A DNA stretch of 32,000 nucleotides from Okeania sp. (GCF_035285525.1 NZ_JAYKGW010000183.1:9783-41782); one strand, 5' to 3'; shown: positions 9,914 to 17,604, numbered from the stretch's first letter. Numbers and translations: made by a program. The notes: generated by a model from the sequence alone, not told the origin.

Positions 9914-10207
9914 ATCTAATAGTTGAGAAATATATGAACTGCATAGAAGAAATCATCAATTTGCCAACCATCATAGAACGTTTTTACCAGAATGTAGAAA
10001 TAGGATATTTAAGTAATATATTGGAAGAAGTAATTAAGCAGAGCCAAATAGAATTTAACTATGAAGTATAATAATTACCAAAAGTTAATATGAAAAATGA
10101 TAGAGTAGAAAGAATAATTTTCTAGTTAGGGTGGCTACAAAATATTATAACCTTTTAATATTAATAGCTATTCCCTGTTCCCAGTTAAGTGTTCCCTAAA
10201 TAAGAAA

Positions 10208-10987
10208 ATGACACAAATAAAAACAGAAAAAACTGATACACTAATAGATGCTAATATCGGAATTATTGCTACAGATGTTCATAAATGGTATAGCAATAAT
10301 TTTCATGTTCTCCGTGGAGTAAGTCTCACAGTTAAACGTGGAGAAGTAGTAGTAATTATGGGTCCGAGTGGCTCTGGTAAATCAACTTTTATCCGTACCT
10401 TTAATGCTCTAGAAGAATTTCAAAAAGGTAGCATTATTATTGATGGTATTAACTTATCCTACGATTTGAAAAATATTGAGACTATTCGACGGGAAGTGGG
10501 GATGGTATTTCAACAGTTTAATTTGTTTCCTCATCTCACAGTTTTGCAAAATGTTACCCTCGCTCCCATTTGGGTACGTCGATGGCCGAAAGCTAAGGCC
10601 GAAGAAGTGGCAATGCAACTTTTGGAAAGAGTAGGTATTTTGGAACAAGCGAAAAAATTCCCTGGTCAACTTTCCGGAGGTCAACAACAAAGGGTAGCGA
10701 TCGCTCGTGCTTTAGCAATGCAGCCCAAAATTATGTTATTTGATGAACCGACTTCAGCATTAGACCCGGAGATGGTACGGGAAGTTTTGGATGTGATGCG
10801 GGGTTTAGCAGAAGATTCAGGAATGACGATGGTAGTGGTGACTCACGAGGTAGGGTTTGCACGGGAGGTAGCAGATAGAATAGTGTTGATGGCGGATGGG
10901 TTATTGGTAGAAGAAGCGACTCCAGATGAATTTTTCCAAAATCCCAAAGAAGAACGTACCCGGAAGTTTTTGTCACAGATATTGTAG
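10208..10987 (+). CDS. bgtA: Amino-acid ABC transporter ATP-binding protein (AapP/BgtA-like)
   Basis: 259 aa. Walker [11 protein letters not shown]-loop, signature LSGGQQQR, Walker [13 protein letters not shown]-loop VTHE. Confidence 0.9.
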   Translation: MTQIKTEKTDTLIDANIGIIATDVHKWYSNNFHVLRGVSLTVKRGEVVVIMGPSGSGKSTFIRTFNALEEFQKGSIIIDGINLSYDLKNIETIRREVGMVFQQFNLFPHLTVLQNVTLAPIWVRRWPKAKAEEVAMQLLERVGILEQAKKFPGQLSGGQQQRVAIARALAMQPKIMLFDEPTSALDPEMVREVLDVMRGLAEDSGMTMVVVTHEVGFAREVADRIVLMADGLLVEEATPDEFFQNPKEERTRKFLSQIL

Positions 10988-11067
10988 AGAAATCTGTGGT
11001 TAGTTGAAGATGATTATGACTGGGTGGATAGTCGTCTTTATATCTAGAGAAATTTTTTAGTTTGATG

Positions 11068-11112
11068 GCGATCGCTTTTTAGGAAATAGGAAAGCGATCG
11101 CATGGTTTTTAT
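11068..11112 (+). terminator. Rho-independent terminator candidate after bgtA, built from two HIP1 sites
   Basis: GCGATCGCTTT / AAAGCGATCGC 11-bp stem, 12-nt loop, then ATGGTTTTTATT. Confidence 0.5.
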
Positions 11113-11221
11113 TACAGCAACTAAACCTGAGTATAGTTGAACTTAGGGGCGATATTAAATAAAGTGCTACAATATTTATTAATTTCAATAATAATGAAGT
11201 GTACTGATAACTGAAAAACTA

Positions 11222-11861
11222 ATGAAAAAAACCCAAATACAGATACCCACAGATACTTGGATAACAGCAACCTGGCAAGAATATATCCAAACTATTGACG
11301 ATCCTAGTTACGAAAAAGCCAAAAGTTATTACCACAACGGACAATTTAGAATCGAAATGCCACCAGCAAACAAGCAAAGTAAAGACCATATAGTTATTAC
11401 TACCATAGTTAACTTATTTGCAATGGCAAATAAAGATTAAGGTAGATGGCAGAAATGAATGTATTTATCGCAAAACAGGACTTCGAGCAGCTCAACCAGA
11501 GGCTTCCTTTTATTTTAGAGAAAATGCAGATGTAGTTTCTTGGGAAGCATCTATTGTTGACTTAGATATTTATCCTCCACAAAATTTAGTTATAGAAGTT
11601 GCCAATACTTCCCTTTCTGATGATAAAGGGGAAAAGCGTTTGCTGTATGAAGCCATGAATGTTGCTGAATATTGGATAGTTGAGGTACAGAAGCTAGAAG
11701 TTATTGCTTTTGCTATTGCTAATGGAGGTAGCAAAAGAATTAACCAGTCTCAAGTTTTGCCTGGTTTAGCAATTTCTTTATTAGAGAAAGCACTGCAACG
11801 TACTCGTCGAGAAAATCAACTGGAAACTTACACTTGGTTATTCAGTCAGTTTCAGTCGTAG
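11222..11861 (+). pseudogene. Uma2-family (DUF820) endonuclease gene split by a frameshift near 11430-11440
   Basis: Two overlapping ORFs in different frames (11222-11440 and 11418-11861). Together they give the Uma2 pattern: N-terminal TWQEYIQ...GQFRIEM, C-terminal PQNLVIEV...SDDKGEKRLLYEAMNVAEYWIVE. Confidence 0.65.
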
Positions 11862-11981
11862 AGTTGGCGCTTGGTGGAGCGTTGGCGAAGCAAGTGCGGC
11901 AGCTATATCGCTAATTCTGAAATCATACCCTATTTGTAGAGAGCGAATGGAACTCGCCTCTACTGTGCCGAAATGAAAACT

Positions 11982-13007
11982 CTATTCCGCAGTTAAAACA
12001 ATCCGATAACGAGCTTTGTTTGCTAATACCTTATCTATTGCTTCATTAATTTGAGAAATAGGCATAGTTTCAATCATTGGTTTAATTTGATGAACTGCTG
12101 CAAATTCTAACATTTCTGTCATAAAACTCCGACCACCAACTACACTACCAGCGACTGCTTTTTGCTCGAAAACTAAAGGTAATAAAGGTATATTTAAGGT
12201 GGAAACAGGAAGCCCAAGTAAACAGAAAACACCATTCTTAGCTAATAAACCAAAAGCTTTATCCCAATCAACTTCTGATGAAACAGTGCTAAGCAGTAAA
12301 TCTACACTACTACTAGCTGCTGCGATTTCTTCTTCACTTTTCCAATTACAAAAATGATGCGCTCCAAATTCTTTGGCTTCTGCTTCTTTATCCGGTGAAG
12401 TAGAAAAAGCAGTCACCTCTGCTCCCATTGCTCTAGCAAATTTAATGGCTAAATGTCCTAATCCTCCTATTCCTATTACTCCTACTTTTGTGCCAGGATA
12501 TTTGACATAGGTGCGCAGGGGAGTATAAACTGTGATTCCAGCACAAAGCAATGGTGCTGCACTTGCAGAATCTAAACCATCAGGTATTTTGTAGGCAAAA
12601 TCAGCAGGAGCGCGTAACTTGTCAGCAAACCCCCCATGATTTCCCACAATTAAACCTGTGTAACCTTTACGACAAACATTTTCTTCTCCTCGTAGACAAG
12701 CATCACAGACTCGGCAAGAATTACGAATCCAACCAAAACCGACGCGATCGCCAATTTTCAGAGAGGTTACATCTGCACCTACTTGAGTAACATTTCCGAC
12801 TACTTCATGGCCAGCAACTAGAGGAAAACTACTCACTTCCCAGTCATTGTCTCTCATGTGAATATCAGTATGGCATAAACCATTATGGGTGACTTGAATT
12901 TCTATGTCATTAGCACTTAAAGGCTTAGGTTCATATTCCCATTGTTTGAGTTTTTCACCTACTTTCAAAGATGCGTAGGCTGTAAATGTTTCAGTAGTGG
13001 ACATCAT
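11982..13007 (-). CDS. Zn-dependent NAD(P)-alcohol dehydrogenase, cinnamyl-ADH/YahK-like
   Basis: 341 aa. CHTD catalytic Zn ligand region, GHEVVG, structural-Zn cluster CRVCDACLRGEENVC, Rossmann GIGGLGH. Confidence 0.9.
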   Translation of the reverse strand: MMSTTETFTAYASLKVGEKLKQWEYEPKPLSANDIEIQVTHNGLCHTDIHMRDNDWEVSSFPLVAGHEVVGNVTQVGADVTSLKIGDRVGFGWIRNSCRVCDACLRGEENVCRKGYTGLIVGNHGGFADKLRAPADFAYKIPDGLDSASAAPLLCAGITVYTPLRTYVKYPGTKVGVIGIGGLGHLAIKFARAMGAEVTAFSTSPDKEAEAKEFGAHHFCNWKSEEEIAAASSSVDLLLSTVSSEVDWDKAFGLLAKNGVFCLLGLPVSTLNIPLLPLVFEQKAVAGSVVGGRSFMTEMLEFAAVHQIKPMIETMPISQINEAIDKVLANKARYRIVLTAE

Positions 13008-13296
13008 AAGTTTCCGTGTGAAAAAATTATTACTATTTATATTAACTCTAGATGTTCCCTATCTCCCTAATATCACCTTCTTTAATTAAGGTTTGTTAAA
13101 AAAGTCTTTTTGCCCTTGGTAGGGAAGAGTTAGAAATAATGACTATTATACCAAACATTAAACTTTATATCATACTATAAAATAGTGAAAAAATAGCCCC
13201 ATATTCACCATTCCCTCTATCCACCTAATTTTATAGTTCCCAAAGCGATCGCCAACTTAAATAAATTGACTAGCATCATCAAAAATGGGTGAGTTT

Positions 13297-13442
13297 AAAA
13301 AATGTGTTAAATTTCCTGTTTGGGAATATAATTAGGGTAAATTTGTGAAAAAATTACAGATATACTGCTTTAGCTATTATTGAAGTTTTCTGCTGATTGA
13401 ATTCAGTGTCGGTAACTATTTATTATTTAAAGAAACTGTCAC
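13297..13442 (+). repeat. Decayed duplicate of the promoter, 5'UTR and first ~18 codons of the AAA ATPase gene (copy of 13694-13839)
   Basis: 146-bp hand alignment with few mismatches. The start codon position reads CTG instead of ATG, and the stub frame ends in TAA a few nt past the homology. Confidence 0.85.
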
Positions 13443-13700
13443 TTTTTAATTACTGAAAATATTCTTTAATCAGCAAAATTAACTTCTTTTATCAATTAAC
13501 TCATCAGGATAGAAAAGTACACCCTAATTAAACTATAAGAAACTACTAGGTGCTAAAGTATTCGGAGAAGTTAGTTAAAAACAGCCCAAATATTGTCTAA
13601 GATGGATTTGCTATAACCAAAACCCTGAACAGTAGGGCCGAATGACATTTCCTCCTAGTGTAGTCTAGCGAGCTGTAATTAGTTTCTACTTATAAAAAAT

Positions 13701-13729
13701 TTGTTAAATTTGCTATTTAGGAGTATAAT
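13701..13729 (+). promoter_or_regulatory. Sigma70-type promoter candidate for the ATPase-RloB operon
   Basis: TTGTTA (13701-13706), 17-nt spacer, TATAAT (13724-13729), about 57 nt upstream of the ATG at 13787. The same box pair is conserved in the upstream stub copy. Confidence 0.5.
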
Positions 13730-13786
13730 TAGGGTAAATTTGTGAAACAAACACAGATATACCACTTTAGCTATTCTTGAACTTTT

Positions 13787-15076
13787 ATGCTGATTGAATT
13801 CAGTGTCGGTAACTATTTATCTTTTAAAGAAACTGTCACCTTGAGTATGGTGGCGACAAATGTTAGTGCCAAGAATAAAAGTGTTGATGAAAATAATGTT
13901 TTTGATGTTGATGAAGAGTTAAGTTTGCTCAAAAGTGTTGCTGTTTATGGTGCTAATGCTAGTGGCAAAAGTAATTTGATTAAAGCAATGGCTTTTATGC
14001 GTTGGTTTGTGCTTAATTCATCAAAAGAAACTCAGATAGAAGATGCTATTAATGTGGAAGAGTTTAAATTAAGTACGGAGACTGAGGGAAAGCCTTCTTA
14101 TTTTGAAATAGTCTTTATTTTAGAAAATAAATTATATAGATATGGTTTTGAAGTAGATGAAAAACAGGTTATTTCTGAGTGGTTATTTTATGTACCAAAA
14201 GTAAGAGAAAGTAAGTTATTTGAACGGGATGAAAATGGTATCAAGATTCCTACTAAGATTTTTCAAGAAGGAAAATTAATCATAGATAAGACGAGAAATA
14301 ATGCACTTTTTCTTTCTGTAAATGCTCAATTTAACGGCAAAATTTCTACAAGTATTTTGCGATGGTTTATGGATTTGAATATAATTTCAGGATTACATAG
14401 TGATTTATATAAAAGAGTTACAGTTCAATATTTTCAACAACATAGTGAATATAAAAACGAGATTATTCAATTTATTAGACAATGGGATTTAGGTATTGAT
14501 AATATTGAAATTGACACAATAAATATTTTACCAGAACAATTTTCTCAAATTTATTCAGAAGAATTTAGAAAACGTATGAGCGATGTAGGAGTGCAAGCTG
14601 ATGAAATTCAAACATATCATAAAAGATATGATTCTAAAGGTAAAATAGAATCTATAGTAATATTTGATTTTGAAGAAAATGAGTCAGATGGTACTCAAAA
14701 ATTATTTGCTTTTGCAGTACCAATTTTGCAGAGTTTAAAAAATGGAGAAATTTTAATAATAGATGAACTTGATGCTAGATTACATCCCATAATTAATCGT
14801 ACAATAATCGAGCTATTTAACTCTAATCAAACTAATCCTAAAAATGCTCAACTAATTTTTACAAATCATGATACTAACTTACTTAATAGTAAGATGTTCA
14901 GATTAGACCAAATATGGTTTACAGAAAAAGATCGGCAAGGAGCAACCGATTTATATTCTTTAGTTGAATATGAAATTAAAAACGAAGAAATTTTTAAAGA
15001 TGATTATATTAAAGGTAGATATGGAGCAATACCTTTTCTTGGAGATTTAACCGAATTATTTGAAAAAAATGGGTAA
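13787..15076 (+). CDS. ABC-type AAA_21/AAA_15 family ATPase (AbiLi/RloA-like)
   Basis: 429 aa. N-terminal MLIEFSVGNYLSFKE, Walker A GANASGKS, signature-like ESDGTQKLF, Walker B ILIIDELDARLHP, H-loop FTNHDT. Confidence 0.85.
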   Translation: MLIEFSVGNYLSFKETVTLSMVATNVSAKNKSVDENNVFDVDEELSLLKSVAVYGANASGKSNLIKAMAFMRWFVLNSSKETQIEDAINVEEFKLSTETEGKPSYFEIVFILENKLYRYGFEVDEKQVISEWLFYVPKVRESKLFERDENGIKIPTKIFQEGKLIIDKTRNNALFLSVNAQFNGKISTSILRWFMDLNIISGLHSDLYKRVTVQYFQQHSEYKNEIIQFIRQWDLGIDNIEIDTINILPEQFSQIYSEEFRKRMSDVGVQADEIQTYHKRYDSKGKIESIVIFDFEENESDGTQKLFAFAVPILQSLKNGEILIIDELDARLHPIINRTIIELFNSNQTNPKNAQLIFTNHDTNLLNSKMFRLDQIWFTEKDRQGATDLYSLVEYEIKNEEIFKDDYIKGRYGAIPFLGDLTELFEKNG

Positions 15077-15719
15077 AAAAAAAGCATCTGGTAAAAATCA
15101 TCAAAATTCTCGGAATGAGAAAAGTAAATATGCTCGCTCAAGAAATGAAAAAGTAAAAACACGAAAAGCAAAAGAGCGTTTTTTAATAGTTTGTGAGGGC
15201 ACAAAAACTGAACCAAATTATTTTAAAAGTTTTCCTGTTCCTAAAGATGTAATTGAAGTTGATGTACTAGGTGTTGGTAAAAATACGATTAATTTAGTTG
15301 AAAAAGCTCTAAGAATCAAACAAGAAGATGGTGATTACGATAGAGTTTGGTGTGTATTTGACAAAGATTCGTTTCCACCAAAAAATTTTAATGCAGCAAT
15401 AAAATATGCCGAAGATAATAATGTTGAAGTCGCATATTCTAATCAAGCTTTTGAAGTTTGGTACTTGTTACATTTTGACGATCCTTATATCCCAAAGTCT
15501 CGCAAAGACTATGAAAAACTTTTAACTAAAAGGATGAATCAAAAGTATGAGAAAAATAGCAATGAAATGTACAAAATGTTGCTTGATAGACAACCTCAAG
15601 CAATTAAGAATGCAGAGAAGTTATTAAAACAATATAATCCACCTAATCCTGCTAATGATAATCCTTCCACAACAGTACATTTATTAGTTAAAGAACTGAA
15701 TAGATTTGTTCGTAAATAA
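15069..15719 (+). CDS. RloB-like TOPRIM-related protein (AbiLii/OLD-nuclease-like partner)
   Basis: FLIVCEGTKTEPNYF, VWCVFDKD and VAYSNQAFEVWYLLHF match my memory of RloB-family motifs. The ATG at 15069 overlaps the ATPase stop by 8 nt; the ORF track starts at TTG 15060. Confidence 0.8.
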   Translation: MGKKKASGKNHQNSRNEKSKYARSRNEKVKTRKAKERFLIVCEGTKTEPNYFKSFPVPKDVIEVDVLGVGKNTINLVEKALRIKQEDGDYDRVWCVFDKDSFPPKNFNAAIKYAEDNNVEVAYSNQAFEVWYLLHFDDPYIPKSRKDYEKLLTKRMNQKYEKNSNEMYKMLLDRQPQAIKNAEKLLKQYNPPNPANDNPSTTVHLLVKELNRFVRK

Positions 15720-15814
15720 GTGTAGCGATCGCCTTTCTCATTATTCTCTCAATTCACTTAACATTTTCATTCTCTGAGAGCTACCTATAAAAAAAATTGG
15801 AAAGAAAATAAAGC

Positions 15815-15843
15815 TTGCATTCTCGAATCAAATCTGATAGTAT
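15815..15843 (+). promoter_or_regulatory. Promoter-like element in repeat unit 1
   Basis: TTGCAT, 17-nt spacer, TAGTAT. Confidence 0.4.
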
Positions 15844-16138
15844 TATGTTATTGGGGTAAACTCGCCTATATACTAGACTTTTTATTCAACTCAAGAAGTA
15901 AGGACGATTTCCCATAGGGAATGCTGCGACCCAATCGCGAATCGCCCCTAGATTTTTACCGTGACTAAATTTGGCAATTTTAATAATGTCCGCTGGCACT
16001 ACATTTATTAGTTAAAGAACTGAATAGATTTGTTCGTAAATAAGTGTAGCGATCGCCTTTCTCATTATTCTCTCAATTCACTTAACATTTTCATTCTCTG
16101 AGAACTACCTATAAAAAAAATCGGAAAGAAAATAAAGC

Positions 16139-16167
16139 TTGCATTCTCCAACAAAATCTGATAGTAT
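16139..16167 (+). promoter_or_regulatory. Promoter-like element in repeat unit 2
   Basis: TTGCAT, 17-nt spacer, TAGTAT. Confidence 0.4.
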
Positions 16168-16463
16168 TATGTTATTGGGGTAAACTCGCCTATACACTAG
16201 ACTTTTTATTCAATAAAAGAAGTAGGGACGATTCGCGATTGGGTAGGAGCATTCCCGTTTGCGAAATCGCCCCTAGATTTTTACCGTGACTAAATTTGGC
16301 AATTTTAATAATGTCCGCTGGCACTACATTTATTAGTTCAACAACTGAACAGATTTGTTCGTAAATAAGTTGAGCGATCGCCTTTCTCACTATTCTCTCA
16401 ATTCACTTAACATTTTCATTCTCTGAGAGCTACCTGTCAAAAAAATCGGAAAGAAAATAAAGC

Positions 16464-16492
16464 TTGCATTCTCGAATCAAATCTGATAGTAT
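16464..16492 (+). promoter_or_regulatory. Promoter-like element in repeat unit 3
   Basis: TTGCAT, 17-nt spacer, TAGTAT. Confidence 0.4.
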
Positions 16493-16546
16493 TATGTTAT
16501 TGGGGAAAACTCGCCTATATGCTAGACTTTTTATTCAACACAAAAA

Positions 16547-16574
16547 GTAGGGACGTTTCATGGAACGTCCCTAC
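16547..16574. terminator. Perfect hairpin, likely bidirectional terminator between the repeat array and the convergent minus-strand operon
   Basis: GTAGGGACGTT / AACGTCCCTAC 11-bp stem with a 6-nt loop. On the minus strand it is followed by TTTTTGTGTT; on the plus strand by TGTGGTTTATT. Confidence 0.6.
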
Positions 16575-16632
16575 TGTGGTTTATTCAAATGAAAATCGCT
16601 ATAAGTCATCTAACGATTTATGGCTCAAAATA

Positions 16633-16998
16633 CTATCTAGCTACAGGAAGCAATAATTCGTTGGCGGGAGCGCCCCGTGAAACTTCTTCCCACTGGGGAG
16701 CGATGGGAGCGTATTTACAATAACAGATGACGATGCGGGTATCGGTGTCAAAACTGGCAAACTTTTCGACCCGCGTTACTATCCAATCTCCTTCTCTGGC
16801 ATGAGTAATAGCATCTTGGTCGTCAGTTTTATAGGCACGAGTACGATCGCCTATTTCGGGAATCGTCGGATTTTCTTCAGCGCTCCAGTTTTCTTCTAAA
16901 ATGTCAGTTAGACTTTGACGAGGCATCAGTATTCGTTCTTCCCATCCATGTTCGCTCATACCTTCTGTTTTATAAACTATCCAGGTTTCAGTTGTCAT
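16633..16998 (-). CDS. Hypothetical protein (~121 aa from the MTTETW start), third gene of a small operon
   Basis: Visibly more GC-rich, protein-like ORF. The internal ATG at 16998 is preceded by GAGGA and overlaps the upstream gene by 11 nt. No family recognised. Confidence 0.6.
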   Translation of the reverse strand: MTTETWIVYKTEGMSEHGWEERILMPRQSLTDILEENWSAEENPTIPEIGDRTRAYKTDDQDAITHAREGDWIVTRVEKFASFDTDTRIVICYCKYAPIAPQWEEVSRGAPANELLLPVAR

Positions 16999-17170
16999 AG
17001 CGGTTATCCTCAAAAGTTGTTTGTTCTCCCTCAAAGACGCAATCGACTTTGAGGATTTTGTCTTTATTTGGGCGGACTTCTACAAGTTTCCAGCCATATT
17101 TCTGCTCCATCTCCCGACATTTTGCGGGATCGGTGGCAGAGTGAATATTTTTGCTATTTTTAGACATCAA
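16988..17170 (-). CDS. Hypothetical small protein (60 aa), second gene of the operon
   Basis: ORF tightly packed between the flanking genes (3-nt gap upstream, 11-nt overlap downstream). Confidence 0.5.
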   Translation of the reverse strand: MMSKNSKNIHSATDPAKCREMEQKYGWKLVEVRPNKDKILKVDCVFEGEQTTFEDNRYDN

Positions 17171-17173
17171 GCT

Positions 17174-17437
17174 TTATCCTACAGATAGACTGTGTGTCTG
17201 TGATTTTTTGGCGATCGCTTCCTCCTGTAGTAGCTCTTCTAACTTTGCTCTGACTTTATCCTGCCAGTTTGGAATATTTTTGATAGTTGCTAAGTCATTA
17301 GAGTCAATTCTCAATGCGAGTAAAGCTTTGTTTGGTTTCTCTGGGTTTTTGGCTTGAAAAGCATACTTAGAAATTCCTGGATTGCCTCCTGGTCTTCCAG
17401 GTCGGGAACTCTTTGCTTTGTGTTTAGTCGCGATCAT
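17174..17437 (-). CDS. Hypothetical small basic protein (87 aa), possible DNA-binding regulator; first gene of the operon
   Basis: Basic N-terminus KHKAKSSRPGRPGGNPG followed by a predicted helical region. Sits next to the repeated operator-like motif. Confidence 0.5.
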   Translation of the reverse strand: MIATKHKAKSSRPGRPGGNPGISKYAFQAKNPEKPNKALLALRIDSNDLATIKNIPNWQDKVRAKLEELLQEEAIAKKSQTHSLSVG

Positions 17438-17469
17438 TCTTTGTCCTCAATCATGTCCAATCCTTTGTT

Positions 17470-17544
17470 CATATTATAGCACGTTAACACGCAAAGAAAT
17501 ATTTTATATTAATGGTTGACATTTATATGTTAACACGCTATGAT
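17470..17544. promoter_or_regulatory. Divergent promoter region with two direct GTTAACACGC motifs
   Basis: Minus strand: TGCTATAAT extended -10 (complement of about 17472-17480). Plus strand: TTGACA (17516-17521), 17 nt, TATGAT (17539-17544). GTTAACACGC at 17483-17492 and 17529-17538; each copy lies beside or between promoter boxes. Confidence 0.5.
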
Positions 17545-17604
17545 AATAAACGTATAAATTAAGAGGCCAGCATTCAGCCGTCAGCAGTAATTGACAAAAT
17601 ATCA

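Larger units (their letters stand above)
15676..16574 (+). repeat. Tandem direct repeat, unit ~324 bp, about 2.75 copies (unit starts at 15676, 16000 and 16325)
   Basis: Hand alignment. About 230 nt of each unit is near-identical. Copy 1 starts inside the RloB CDS. The distal ~95 nt is present only in copies 1 and 2. Confidence 0.9.

Noticed and set aside
13560-13665. 25-codon minus-strand ORF (MSFGPTVQGFGYSKSILDNIWAVFN) preceded by AGGAGG in the spacer between the stub and the real promoter
   Set aside because: The Shine-Dalgarno to ATG spacing is only about 2 nt. The ORF is very short and there is no supporting conservation within the window.
13730-15870. Similarity between the ATPase 5'UTR start (ATTAGGGTAAATTTGTG) and the predicted array transcript start (ATTGGGGTAAACTCGCC)
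   Set aside because: Only about 12 nt are alike, with no extended homology or complementarity that I could find by eye. Likely chance in AT-rich DNA.
16190-16390. 66-aa minus-strand ORF inside the tandem array; the equivalent reading in copy 1 gives VPADIIKIAKFSHGKNLGAIRDWVAAFPMGNRP
   Set aside because: The frame is not preserved between copies: the inverted module changes the sequence, and a TAA blocks the copy 1/2 junction. The N-terminus is antisense to the RloB 3' stub. Most likely a by-product of the repeat.
15676-16574. Could the tandem array be a CRISPR array or NsiR1 itself?
   Set aside because: The units are ~324 bp and almost entirely repeated, with no short repeat/unique spacer alternation, so this is not CRISPR. 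No TCCGGA (DIF+) motif sits at the -35 position and I see no NsiR1-like sequence. Only the tandem sRNA-like organisation is analogous.
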